From Bryobacterales bacterium (lineage in GTDB: Bacteria; Acidobacteriota; Terriglobia; Bryobacterales; UBA6623), in assembly GCA_963422375.2 (NCBI GenBank), contig OY729428.2:608001-672000 (forward strand): a DNA stretch of 64,000 nt. The letters are read 5' to 3'. Made by a program: the position numbers and the translations under genes. Shown here one piece after another: positions 1 to 10,363 of this stretch. The notes beneath the pieces are model-generated. The model was not told the DNA's origin, did not search any database, and saw only the letters and a program-made list of their open reading frames with translations. How positions within the stretch are numbered: the stretch's first letter is position 1; every line of letters begins with the position of its first letter.

Positions 1-1
1 C

Positions 2-979
2 GCCCTGCTGATCGTCTTCGGAGGTGCGTGGGTCGTTGACGGCAGCGTCTCGCTGGGCGTGCTGCTGGCGTTCCTCCAGTACGGCACGAGGGTCTTCCGC
101 CCGATCCAGGATCTGGCCGAGAAGTACAACGTCCTGCAATCGGCGATGGCGGGCGCCGAGCGCATCTTCGAACTGCTCGACGCCCAGCCTCCGGATCCGC
201 CCAGCGCGGACGAGAAGCCCCGCGAGCTGCATGCCCCTAGCATCGAGTTCCGCAACGTATGGTTCTCGTACGAGGGCGAGGACTGGGTGCTCGAGGACGT
301 TAGCTTCAAGATCGAGCCGGGCGAGTCGCTGGCCGTGGTGGGACATACCGGGGCCGGCAAGAGCACCCTTGTCAACCTGCTCCTGCGTTTCTACGAGATC
401 GACCGCGGCCTGATCCTAGTAGGGGGCTCGGACGTCCGGGAGTGGACTCGGGAGGCTCTGCGGGAGCAATTCAGCGTGGTGCTGCAGGACCCGTGCCTGT
501 TCACCGGGACGATCGGGGAGAACATCGGGCTCGGCGACGAGAGCGTGCCGGACGAGACGATCCGCGACGCGGCCGCGAACGCCCACCTTGCGAGCCATAT
601 CGATTCCCTCCCGCGCAAGTACGACGAGCCGGTGCTGGAGCGCGGAACGGGTCTGTCCTCCGGCCAGAAGCAGCTAGTCGCGTTCGCGCGGGCACTGGCC
701 CGAGAGCGGCCGTTCCTCGTCCTCGACGAAGCCACGTCGAGCGTGGACCCCGACACCGAGCGAGACATCCGCGACACGCTCGCCACGCTGCTCGTCGGCA
801 GGACGTCGATCGTGATCGCGCACCGGCTCTCGACGATCCGGCGGGCAACGCGCATCCTCGTGCTGCACAGGGGCCGGGTGGCGGAAGTGGGCACGCATTC
901 GGAGTTGGTGGCCACGGACGGGATCTACTCCCGGCTGCATGCCCTGCAGGCCCTGGCCGACCCTGCTCCGGTGAGGTAG
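2..979 (+). CDS. ABC transporter permease/ATP-binding protein (MsbA/MdlB-like), 5'-truncated by window edge
   Basis: Frame open from base 2 (ALLIVFGGAWVVDG...); Walker A GHTGAGKS, signature LSSGQKQ, Walker B LVLDEA, AHRLST. Confidence 0.92.
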   Translation, partial: ALLIVFGGAWVVDGSVSLGVLLAFLQYGTRVFRPIQDLAEKYNVLQSAMAGAERIFELLDAQPPDPPSADEKPRELHAPSIEFRNVWFSYEGEDWVLEDVSFKIEPGESLAVVGHTGAGKSTLVNLLLRFYEIDRGLILVGGSDVREWTREALREQFSVVLQDPCLFTGTIGENIGLGDESVPDETIRDAAANAHLASHIDSLPRKYDEPVLERGTGLSSGQKQLVAFARALARERPFLVLDEATSSVDPDTERDIRDTLATLLVGRTSIVIAHRLSTIRRATRILVLHRGRVAEVGTHSELVATDGIYSRLHALQALADPAPVR

Positions 980-1059
980 CCCGCCGCCGCTCGGAGATCC
1001 CTGGCCGGACGGGAGCGGCAGCCCCTATCCGATAATGGAGCGGTCCGGGCCGGACGCCG

Positions 1060-1821
1060 ATGAAATCCGCGCTCGTCATACCAGCCCTCAACGAGGAGGC
1101 GGCGATCGGAACCGTGCTGGACCGAGTCCCGCGGGACCTGTTCGACACCGTGGTCGTCGCCGACAACGGCTCGACCGACGCGACGGCGCGGGAAGCCTCG
1201 GCCCGCGGCGCCTTGGTGGCGTTCGAACCGCGACGCGGATACGGCAGCGCCTGCCTGCGTGCGCTGGCCGCGCTGCCCGCCGACATCGAGGCTGTCGCGT
1301 TCATGGACGGCGACGGCAGCGACGACCCGCGCGAGGCCGGGCGGCTGCTGCGGCCGATCCTCGAGGGGAGCGCCGACCTAGTGCTGGGCTCGCGGGTCCT
1401 GGGCGAGGCCCGTGCGGGCGCGATGCCGGCGCACCAGAGGTTCGGCAATTGGCTGGCGACCAGCCTCCTGGGCATGACGCTAGGGCACCGTTACACTGAC
1501 CTCGGCCCATTCCGGGCGATTCGGACCGAGAGCCTGCAACGCCTCCGAATGTCTGACCGGGACTTCGGCTGGACCGTCGAGATGCAGATCGCTGCGCTGC
1601 GGGAAGGGCTGCGGATCGTCGAGGTGCCGGTGTCGAGAGGAGCCCGGATCGGGGGACGCAGCAAGGTCAGCGGGACCTTGCAGGGGAGCCTAGGGGCGGC
1701 CTGCAAGATTCTAGGGGCGATCTTCCGGGGCTTGGCCAGCGAAGCGCGAGGGCAGCCTGAACCGTCGTCTGCTGCGCGGAATGGACAATCGATCATCAAG
1801 AAGAGTCGGAGCCTCGCGTGA
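1060..1821 (+). CDS. Glycosyltransferase family 2 (DPM1-like)
   Basis: VIPALNEE, DNGSTD, RGYGSA, DGDGSD, TDLGPFRAI, GWTVEMQ motifs. Confidence 0.9.
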   Translation: MKSALVIPALNEEAAIGTVLDRVPRDLFDTVVVADNGSTDATAREASARGALVAFEPRRGYGSACLRALAALPADIEAVAFMDGDGSDDPREAGRLLRPILEGSADLVLGSRVLGEARAGAMPAHQRFGNWLATSLLGMTLGHRYTDLGPFRAIRTESLQRLRMSDRDFGWTVEMQIAALREGLRIVEVPVSRGARIGGRSKVSGTLQGSLGAACKILGAIFRGLASEARGQPEPSSAARNGQSIIKKSRSLA

Positions 1822-2804
1822 GCTTCTGCCGGCTATCGGGGCCATGGGCACACGCTGAGATTCCAAGGCTCGCTAGGGGATCGCCGTGACGTGGGGCTGC
1901 GGGCGCGAGGCGCGTGCCTGTGCGAGGTGTCCGCGCGATGCGCGGATGTCATTCCGACATGGAGGGTGCCGACCAACGAGCCTCCGATGAGAGCGCACGG
2001 GAGGGGCATTCGCGAGCGAAGGGCAGGAATCTCCGGGAATGACGAATTCGATGCCACCGAATCCCGGAAGCCGCTTCGGGCCGAGGTGATTTCGGCAGCT
2101 GTGTTTCCCTATGGGGCGCTGCGCCATCGGCGTGTCGGCCGCGAGCCGATACAGCGCCAGGACCGCCCATTCAAGGCATCGGACGCATCGGCTCAATGCT
2201 CTAGGGACAGATTCGGAATTCTATCGTACGTCCGTTGGCCCTAGGGAGATGCTGCCTGTCCGGGGGGCTACGAGACAACGCCCCAGCCCGGATGATGCGC
2301 GAGTGAACCGCGCACCCGAAGGCACGCTCGGGCTCAACGCGTTACTAGGATTCAGTTTGAACCATCGCCTGAGTGCAAACCACGTGCGGGCGGTCACTGC
2401 GACGGGCCCGTTGCCATCTCGCAGCTGCCGCAGCCACACCGCGGGAGCGTGCGCCTGTGCAGACATCGGTCCCTCCCGGGATGATGCACGTCCACGCACG
2501 GACAACCCGGACTTGCAATGTGATATGCTATGGTGCTGATGTGCTGAATCCAAACGGCGACCATCTCAATCTACAGCGACACCTCGCCTTGGCGTACAGA
2601 ATTAGAGAGGAATCAAGGTAGACATGGGACAAAACATGCACGAAGAAGAACTCTGAAGTTGGAAGCAATCAATTCCGTCACAGCACGTCCACGCTACGAT
2701 TCATATCTAGATTGTGAGTGGGCGTCATGTTTCGGGATTCACACTCGCTCATCCTTCCTTGATTCCATGGATCTTCGATACGAGACTCAAGGCCTCATGG
2801 GAGA

Positions 2805-3269
2805 TTGAAATGGCCGAATTGTGTCCTGTTTCTGTTCTTTCCAACATTGTGCCGAGCATCTTATAGAAAAGGATCGACGATTGATGGAATATTCTATTCC
2901 AACTCTTTCGATTTCTATCCTTGGATGCAAGAGAGACAAATGATGAGGATGGCTTCTTCTGCACTTCTATCTATACAAGACTTGGAGTCATTCCATGGTC
3001 AGTGTTCACCAGAGGTTCCATTCTCAACCATCGATGAGAGGGATGATGTGTGTAAATTGCTTGAGAAAGTCAGTATCAATGGTAGTTTGGGTAACGACCA
3101 GAGCGGAGATTTTCGCAGATTATATAAGCAGATATATATACTGAGAAACCAATTTCTCCATGGGAATAAGATCGCCGATGATGCGTTGTCATTCAATGGA
3201 ATGAATATACTGAACAGTGTGGCACAGATCTATCGTATTGCATTGGATGGCCATCTCGGAATCCATTAG
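2805..3269 (+). pseudogene. Remnant of a HEPN-like (RxxxxH) protein in a low-GC patch
   Basis: YILRNQFLHGN carries the RX4H motif near the C-terminus; ~2560-3520 is visibly AT-richer; no convincing start and broken upstream frames. Confidence 0.5.
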
Positions 3270-3800
3270 GATCTTGAGGCATCATGTATGCCTATGACTC
3301 ACGGTTCTAAGAATTTATACAAGGAAGTGTATTTCAGTTATCTCAACTCTGTTTCCGCACTGGAGTGTGTGATAAATTCTCTATTCTAGGAAGATAATTG
3401 AAGCCAGTTCTCAGATGTATAGCGACAATAATTCCATTACTGATGAAGTATCCTATCCTAAACATGATTGGACCAAATCATCTTACGGGTTTGCAACCAT
3501 GAAGGGATGCGGTTATAGGATTACGACAGAGTCGGAGCGTCGCATGAGCGGCGACTCATCCAAGGCGGAATCGCCGGTCGGCGCACTCGTTGGCCTAGGT
3601 TCGACTCCCTCCGTCGCCTTGTCCGGTGCCCCGGCGGTGACACTCGTGGGGCATGTCCTCGGGAGGCGGGCGGCTCGCGAGCTGCCAGCCGGCAGCGACG
3701 GCACCTCCCATCAGTGAGGAGTTTGGATCAACCCGGTGCCATGGGCCGCGAGTCCACGTTATGCGCCCGGCACGGATGATTGGTACTGTGTAGATAACTC

Positions 3801-5666
3801 ATGCAACGAATATTGGACAAACTGATGTGCCGCCACCATTCCATACTGACCAGCCCCATTTGGGCGTTTGCCTTCGCCTGGCTGCTCGCTACTCCGGGCG
3901 CAACACCGGGTGCCGTTGAAGTCGCCCCCGACCGGCCCGTCCGCTGGCAGCCCGTCACGCTGACTTTCGACGGGCCGCACTCCGCCGAGAGCGGGACTCC
4001 GAATCCGTTCCTAGACTACCGCATGGCCGTGTCGTTCTCGCACCGGCAGTCGGGCGAATCGCGCTCGGTGCAGGGATTCTACGCGGCCGACGGCAACGCC
4101 GCTGAGACCTCGGCAGATTCCGGGAACAAGTGGCGGGCCCGGTTCACGCCCCCGCTCGCAGGCACCTGGGTGTGGCGGGCCGAGTTCCGCTCCGGTCAGG
4201 GGATCGCTCTGAGCGAGGCCGCCGGGCAGCGCGAGGCGTTCGACGGGGAATCCGGGACGCTGACGGTCGGCCCCTCGCCCGAGGGCGCCCCGGGCTTCGC
4301 GTCCAAGGGCTTCCTGACACCGTCCGGCGGGCACTACCTGCAGTTCTCCAACGGGGAGCACTTCCTCAAGGGCGGCGCCGACTCCCCCGAGAACTTCCTA
4401 GGCTATTTCGAGTTCGACGGCACCGCGGACACCGCCGCCCACGGCGGCGTCTCGACAGACACGGGCTCGTTTCTGCATCGTTACGAGCCGCACGCGGGGG
4501 ACTGGAAGGCCGGTGACCCGACTTGGCAGGGCGGCAAGGGCAAGAACATCGTCGGAGCCCTGAACTACCTCGCGTCCAAGGGCATGAACAGCGTCTACTT
4601 CATGACCTACAACATCGACGGCGGAGACGGCAAGGACACGTGGGTGTGGACCGGTCCGAGCGTCCGGGACCGCTTCGATGTCTCGAAGCTCGCCCAGTGG
4701 GACATCGTGTTCTCCCACATGGAGCGGCTCGGCATCGCGATGCACCTAGTGATCCAAGAGACCGAGAACGACGAGAACCTAGGCGGCGGGCCCGATCTCA
4801 ACGATGTCCGCAAGCTCTACCTCCGGGAGCTCGCGGCGAGGTTCGGGCACCATCTGGCCATCGTATGGAACCTAGGGGAGGAGAACGACACCCCCCATGC
4901 CGATCGCTTGGCCATCGCCGACTACATTCGGCAGGTCGCCCCGAACCGCCACGCCATCACGGTCCACACGCACAATACGCGGAGCCTGCGCAGCTACACC
5001 GGCCTGATCGGGTCTTCGCTGTTCTCCGCAACGTCAATCCAAGGCCGCATGGAAGACAGCAACCGCGAGGCAGTCATGCTGCGCATGCGCTCCGCGGCCT
5101 CCGGAGCGCCCTGGGCCATCTTCCACGACGAGCAGACGCCGGCGTCGGCGGGAGTGATGCCTGACGCGGACGACCCGCAGCACGACAAGCCCCGCAAGCA
5201 GGCGCTCTGGGGCAACCTCATGGGAGGAGGCTCGGGGGTGGAATGGTACTTCGGGTACCAGTACGACCACATGGACCTGAATTGCGAGGACTGGCGCTCT
5301 CGCGACACGATGTGGGACCAGACGCGCTACGCGCTCGAGTTCTTCCAAGAGCACCTGCCCTTCTGGGAGATGTGGCCCGCCAACGACCTGGCGAGCGACC
5401 GCGACGCCTACGTCTTCGCCAAAGAGGGGGAGATCTACGCGGTGTACATTCCGGAAGCTAACAGGACCACTGTCACGCTCGCGCCGGGGGAATACAGCCT
5501 GCGGTGGTACGATCCCCGCAACGGCGGCGCACTCCAAGAAGGCCGCGAGGGAACTGTCGCGGCCGGTCAGATGCTCATGCGGAACGACGGCACCGTGCAG
5601 GTCGCTCCGCCGAGCCATCCCGGCCAGGACTGGGTAGCGCTGTTCCGGCGCACCGGTCCTCGCTGA
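3801..5666 (+). CDS. Secreted DUF5060/DUF4038-type putative glycoside hydrolase with C-terminal collagen-binding-like domain
   Basis: Signal-like hydrophobic N-terminus; NPFLDY, GFYAADG, WNLGEEN, WGNLMGGG, WYDPRNG motifs. Confidence 0.75.
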   Translation: MQRILDKLMCRHHSILTSPIWAFAFAWLLATPGATPGAVEVAPDRPVRWQPVTLTFDGPHSAESGTPNPFLDYRMAVSFSHRQSGESRSVQGFYAADGNAAETSADSGNKWRARFTPPLAGTWVWRAEFRSGQGIALSEAAGQREAFDGESGTLTVGPSPEGAPGFASKGFLTPSGGHYLQFSNGEHFLKGGADSPENFLGYFEFDGTADTAAHGGVSTDTGSFLHRYEPHAGDWKAGDPTWQGGKGKNIVGALNYLASKGMNSVYFMTYNIDGGDGKDTWVWTGPSVRDRFDVSKLAQWDIVFSHMERLGIAMHLVIQETENDENLGGGPDLNDVRKLYLRELAARFGHHLAIVWNLGEENDTPHADRLAIADYIRQVAPNRHAITVHTHNTRSLRSYTGLIGSSLFSATSIQGRMEDSNREAVMLRMRSAASGAPWAIFHDEQTPASAGVMPDADDPQHDKPRKQALWGNLMGGGSGVEWYFGYQYDHMDLNCEDWRSRDTMWDQTRYALEFFQEHLPFWEMWPANDLASDRDAYVFAKEGEIYAVYIPEANRTTVTLAPGEYSLRWYDPRNGGALQEGREGTVAAGQMLMRNDGTVQVAPPSHPGQDWVALFRRTGPR

Positions 5667-5738
5667 TAGGGCGGTCGGATGGCAATACGATAGGCTTGTC
5701 AGGCCGTCCGGGCGCTCGGACGGGGGCGGACACGAAAG

Positions 5739-7592
5739 ATGACCCGGCGCTTGACGATGGCGCAAGCCACGATCGAATTTCTCAAGAACCAGTACGTAGA
5801 GCGGGACGGCACGATCCGGCGCTTCTTCGGAGGCTGCTTCGGCATCTTCGGGCACGGCAACGTGGCGGGCCTCGGCCAGGCCCTGCACCAAGACCGATCC
5901 TTCCCGTACTTCCTCTGCCGCAACGAGCAGGCGATGGTGCATACAGCGACGGGCTACGCCAAGGTGTCGAACAGGCTACGGGCGCTAGCCTGCACGACCT
6001 CGATCGGCCCCGGCGCAACCAACATGGTGACGGGCGCGGCCGCCGCGACCATCAACCGCCTGCCCGTGCTGCTCCTGCCGGGCGACATCTTCGCGAGGCG
6101 GAACGTGGCGCCCGTGCTGCAGCAACTCGAGTCGCCGCAGACCCAAGACGTCTCCGTCAACGACTGCTTCAGGGCGGTCTCCAAGTACTGGGACCGGATC
6201 CAGCGGCCGGAGCAGATCGTGACGGCCCTGCCGGAAGCGATGCGCGTGCTGACCTCGCCCGCCGAGACCGGTGCCGTGACGCTAGGAATGCCGCAGGACG
6301 TCCAAGCGGAAGCGCACGACTACCCGGCCGCGCTGTTCGAGCGAAGGGTCTGGCCGATCCAGAGGCAACGCGGCGACACGCGCGCGGTCGAGCTCGCGGC
6401 CACTTGGATCCGCGCCGCCAAGGCGCCCTTGATCATCGCGGGCGGCGGCGTCCTGTACAGCGAGGCCTGCCGGACACTGGCCGACTTCGCCGCCGCGACC
6501 GGCATCCCCGTCGCGGAAACGCAGTCGGGCAAGGGAGCCCTGCGCTACGACCACCCCCTGTCCCTCGGCGCGATGGGCGTCAGCGGCACGCCGGGCGCGA
6601 ACGTCCTCGGGCGCGAGGCGGATCTCGTCATCGGCATCGGCACTCGCTACAGCGACTTCACGAGCGCCTCGAAGACGGCGTTCCAAAATCCGGACGTGCG
6701 CTTCCTGAACATCAACGTCGCCGAGTTCGACGCGTTCAAGCACGCGGCCCTGCCGCTCGTGGCCGACGCCAAGTCGGCGCTCGAGGAGCTGGCCATCCTC
6801 GTCTCCGACTACCGCGTTCCGGACGAGCATGCGCGGAGCGTGCGCGAGTTCCGGGACATTTGGGAGCGGGAGGTCGACCGGATCTACGGGCTGGGCCACG
6901 GGCCGCCGATCAGCCAAGGAGAGGTGATTGGGACAGTGAACGCGGTCGCCGGCGACCGCGACGTGGTGGTCTGCGCCGCCGGCAGCATGCCGGGCGATAT
7001 GCACAAGCTCTGGCGGACGAAGAGCCCCAACTCGTATCACATGGAATACGGCTACTCGACCATGGGATACGAGATCGCCGCGGGCCTCGGCATCAAGATG
7101 GCCGAGCCGGACAGGGAGGTCTACGTTCTGGTCGGCGACGGATCGTACCTGATGATGGCTCAGGAGATCGCCACCTCGGTCCAGGAGGGCGCGAAACTGA
7201 ACATCGTGGTCGTCGACAACCACGGATTCGCCAGCATCGGCAGCCTGAGCGAGGCGTGCGGGAACGAAGGATTCGGCACGCGCTACCGCTGCCGCGCGAA
7301 CGGCCAGCTGAGCGGCCCGCCGGTCGGAGTGGACTTCGTCGAGAACGCCCGTAGCCTCGGAGCCGAGGCCTGCCGGGCCGCCAGCCGCGACCAGCTCGCG
7401 AAGGCGCTGGGCGCGATGGGCGAATGCGACCGGACGAGCGTAGTCGTAGTGGAGACTGACCGGAATGAGATGGTGCCGGGATACGAGTCCTGGTGGGACG
7501 TCCCGATTGCGGAGGTGTCCGACGTGCCCGCCGTGGAATCGGCGCGCGAGGCCTGGCTCGAGGGCCGAGCCAAGGAGCGCGACTACCTCTAG
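5739..7592 (+). CDS. iolD: 3D-(3,5/4)-trihydroxycyclohexane-1,2-dione acylhydrolase (ThDP enzyme)
   Basis: RLTMAQA, GIFGHGNV, RNEQAM, YHMEYGYSTMGYE, GDGSYLM, WWDVP motifs. Confidence 0.95.
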   Translation: MTRRLTMAQATIEFLKNQYVERDGTIRRFFGGCFGIFGHGNVAGLGQALHQDRSFPYFLCRNEQAMVHTATGYAKVSNRLRALACTTSIGPGATNMVTGAAAATINRLPVLLLPGDIFARRNVAPVLQQLESPQTQDVSVNDCFRAVSKYWDRIQRPEQIVTALPEAMRVLTSPAETGAVTLGMPQDVQAEAHDYPAALFERRVWPIQRQRGDTRAVELAATWIRAAKAPLIIAGGGVLYSEACRTLADFAAATGIPVAETQSGKGALRYDHPLSLGAMGVSGTPGANVLGREADLVIGIGTRYSDFTSASKTAFQNPDVRFLNINVAEFDAFKHAALPLVADAKSALEELAILVSDYRVPDEHARSVREFRDIWEREVDRIYGLGHGPPISQGEVIGTVNAVAGDRDVVVCAAGSMPGDMHKLWRTKSPNSYHMEYGYSTMGYEIAAGLGIKMAEPDREVYVLVGDGSYLMMAQEIATSVQEGAKLNIVVVDNHGFASIGSLSEACGNEGFGTRYRCRANGQLSGPPVGVDFVENARSLGAEACRAASRDQLAKALGAMGECDRTSVVVVETDRNEMVPGYESWWDVPIAEVSDVPAVESAREAWLEGRAKERDYL

Positions 7593-7649
7593 CCTCGAGC
7601 CGGCGGTTCGGAGGCACCGAACCGCGCGGAGGCGCCCGACGGACTCGAT

Positions 7650-9272
7650 GTGCTTGTAACCACTGCTTCGTTCTTGGGCTTCACCCTGCTGGTGGCGGCG
7701 ATCTCGTACGCCTACACCCGGCACGACCGGATGACGACCTGGGACGCGTACTTCCTCGGCGGCCGCAGCCTGACCGCTTGGGTCATCGCCGGGTCGCTGA
7801 TGCTGACCAACCTCTCGACCGAGCACCTGATCGGCCTCAACGGCGACGCCTTCAACCACACCATCGCGGTCACCGCGTGGGAGACCACGGCAGCCCTCGC
7901 GATGGTCGGCACGGCCCTGTACTTCCTGCCGCGCTTCCTGCGCATGGGCCTGTCCACGATCCCGGAGTACCTGTCCGGCCGCTACGACGCGGCCACCGGT
8001 GTCATTGCCGCCTCCCTGTTCCTGTTCTCCTACGTCCTGGCGATCCTGCCGGTCGTATTGCTATTCGGCGCGAGCGGCATCGACAGCCTGTTCGGCCTGC
8101 GGGAGGCGTTCGGCCTCAGCCAGACCCAAGTCACCTGGCTGCTCGTCTGGGGTGTGGGGACGCTCGGCTCGCTGTACGCGATTCTCGGCGGGCTGAAGGC
8201 CGTCGCGATATCCGACACGATCAACGGCGTCGGCTTCCTGATCGCTGGCCTGCTCGTCCCGGTGCTCGGCCTGCTCCAGATCGGCGACGGGAACGCGTGG
8301 GCCGGCTTGGAGACCGTGTACGCGGAGGAGCGTCCGAAGTTCGACATCACGGGCGACGAGCCCGGCTCTTTCCTGCCGTTCGGCGTGCTGTTCACGGGCA
8401 TGGTGGTCAACCAGATCTTCTTCTGGTGCGCGGGGCAGCAGATCGTCCAGCGGGGCTTCGGGGCCAAGAATCTCAAGGAGGGGCAGAAAGGCATGCTGAT
8501 CGCGGCGTGCTTCAAGCTGCTCGGCCCCTTGGTGATCGTCCTGCCGGGCGTGATCGCCTACCACATGTTCAAGGACACCCTAGGCCCCGAGGACTACCTC
8601 ATGGCCTACCCGACGCTGGTCAAGGCCGTGCTGCCGGCCTGGCTGAGCGGCTTCTTCGCGGCGGTCATGGTCGGCGCGGTCCTGAGCACCTTCAACAGCG
8701 TCCTGAACTCGTCCGCGACGCTATTCTGCCGAGACATCTACGGCCTGGTCCTGCGACCTGGCGCCAGCCAGAAGGAGTTCGTCTTCGCGGGGCGGGCCTG
8801 CAGCATCGCTCTCGCTGTCGGCGCGATGCTCATCGCGCCGATGATCGACACTTCCGGCAGCCTCTACAACTACTTGCAAAGGATCAACGCCACGGTGTTC
8901 GGTCCCATGCTGGCGGTCATCCTGCTCGGAATGCTGCACCGCCGCGTGACGGCCTTCGCCGCCAAGGCCGGCCTCGTCGGCGGCCCAGTGCTGTTCTTCC
9001 TGCTGGTGTTCACGTTCGACAGGCCGGTGCAGGCGTTCCTGCTAGGGCTGCTCGGCACGTCCGACGAGGTCCACTTCCTGCACTTTCTCGCGGTGGTCTT
9101 CGTCGCCGTTGTCGCCTTCATGCTCGTCTCGAGCGCGGTCCGACCGGCCCCGAGGCCCTACGAGGAGCGGGACGACCCGCGCGTCAGCATGACCCCTTGG
9201 AAGCACGCCAAGGCCATGGGCGCCTTCGTGTGCGTCTGCACGGTGGGCTGCTACGTGCTGCTCGCTCAGTAA
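7650..9272 (+). CDS. Sodium:solute symporter (SSS, YidK-like), probable inositol/sugar uptake
   Basis: YFLGGRSL, SLMLTNLSTE, GGLKAVAISD, QQIVQR; many TM segments. Confidence 0.9.
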   Translation: MLVTTASFLGFTLLVAAISYAYTRHDRMTTWDAYFLGGRSLTAWVIAGSLMLTNLSTEHLIGLNGDAFNHTIAVTAWETTAALAMVGTALYFLPRFLRMGLSTIPEYLSGRYDAATGVIAASLFLFSYVLAILPVVLLFGASGIDSLFGLREAFGLSQTQVTWLLVWGVGTLGSLYAILGGLKAVAISDTINGVGFLIAGLLVPVLGLLQIGDGNAWAGLETVYAEERPKFDITGDEPGSFLPFGVLFTGMVVNQIFFWCAGQQIVQRGFGAKNLKEGQKGMLIAACFKLLGPLVIVLPGVIAYHMFKDTLGPEDYLMAYPTLVKAVLPAWLSGFFAAVMVGAVLSTFNSVLNSSATLFCRDIYGLVLRPGASQKEFVFAGRACSIALAVGAMLIAPMIDTSGSLYNYLQRINATVFGPMLAVILLGMLHRRVTAFAAKAGLVGGPVLFFLLVFTFDRPVQAFLLGLLGTSDEVHFLHFLAVVFVAVVAFMLVSSAVRPAPRPYEERDDPRVSMTPWKHAKAMGAFVCVCTVGCYVLLAQ

Positions 9273-10225
9273 CCGGCACCGAGCACCGCAGCACCGTCGA
9301 GACTCGCCTGCCGCGAGCTCGGCCGCGCGCTCAGGGCCAAGCCGACGGACCTGAGGAAGCGGAGGTTGGCGACGGCGTCGGCGAACGAGGACTGGACGCT
9401 CAGCGGGCCGCGGTCCTGTTCCACGGTCGCCCAGCCTTGGTAGCAGGCGGCCTCCAAGGCCGCCTTCAGCGCGGGAAAGTCCATCGCTCCGTCGCCTAGG
9501 TGGCAGAAGACCCCGCGCGCGCAGGCCTCGTAGAATCCCACGCGCTCCGCCACGGCCTGCCGGAGCTTCGCCGCGTCGAGATCCTTGAGGTGGATGTAGC
9601 TGACTCTCGCGGCGTGGCGGCGGAACAGGGCGACGGGATCGAAGCCGGCGTACAGGCTGTGACCGGTGTCGAGGCAGATCCCCAGCAGGGTCTCGTCAAC
9701 CGCGTCCAGCACGCGCTCCAGCTCGTCCTCGAACTCGACGCATCCACCCGCATGCGCGTGGATGCTCGGCAAGAGACCGTACTCGTCCCTGCCGATCACC
9801 GCCGCGGCGCGGATGCGCTCGTGCATTCCGGCTAGCTGGGTCGCATCGAGGCGCGGGGCCCGTGCCTGATCGCCGGCATATGCGGAGCGCTCCGCCGAGA
9901 GGCTGTCAATGAACACGAGGTGCCGTGCCCCGAGAGGACGAAGCATGCGGCACGTGCGACGGACGGCGTCCTGCAGCTCCTCCCAAGCGTCGGGGTCGTG
10001 GAAGGGCCGGAACACCACGCCCGCCGTCAGGGCCAGGCCTCGCTCCGCAAGTTCCTCGCCGAGCGCCGCAGCGTCTTCCGGCATGAATCCGATGGGTCCC
10101 AGCTCGGTTCCGCGGTAGCCCGCGCGGCTCGTCTCTGCCAGCACGTCCTGCCAAGGCGGATTCGACGAAGCGTCAGGAAACTCGACTCCCCAAGAGCAAG
10201 GGGCGTTACCGATGTAGAGAGGCAT
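9266..10225 (-). CDS. IolE-like myo-inosose-2 dehydratase / sugar phosphate isomerase-epimerase TIM barrel
   Basis: GNAPCSWGV, GTELGP, LDTGH, HLKD, WATVEQD; start taken at ATG 10225. Confidence 0.8.
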   Translation of the reverse strand: MPLYIGNAPCSWGVEFPDASSNPPWQDVLAETSRAGYRGTELGPIGFMPEDAAALGEELAERGLALTAGVVFRPFHDPDAWEELQDAVRRTCRMLRPLGARHLVFIDSLSAERSAYAGDQARAPRLDATQLAGMHERIRAAAVIGRDEYGLLPSIHAHAGGCVEFEDELERVLDAVDETLLGICLDTGHSLYAGFDPVALFRRHAARVSYIHLKDLDAAKLRQAVAERVGFYEACARGVFCHLGDGAMDFPALKAALEAACYQGWATVEQDRGPLSVQSSFADAVANLRFLRSVGLALSARPSSRQASLDGAAVLGAGY

Positions 10226-10363
10226 CGCTATCTCAGCCAACGAAGATACAGCAGCGGGGCGGCCGGCGGACCGCCAAGCATCGGCTAGGTCGAGTCTCCG
10301 TCCGATCCGGCCGCTCGATCCCGACGCAGCGACGCGGGCTTGAAAGAACCGTCGGCAGGAGCT

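Noticed and set aside
1948..2043. GTCATTCC...GGAATGAC REP-like inverted pair
   Set aside because: Short, single occurrence in the window; not enough support
5504..9499. Long alternative-frame ORFs (e.g. 5504-7354, 7493-9499; likewise 10340-11797, 25311-26888, 57585-58985)
   Set aside because: Arg/Pro/Ala-rich or antisense shadows of real genes, as expected at high GC
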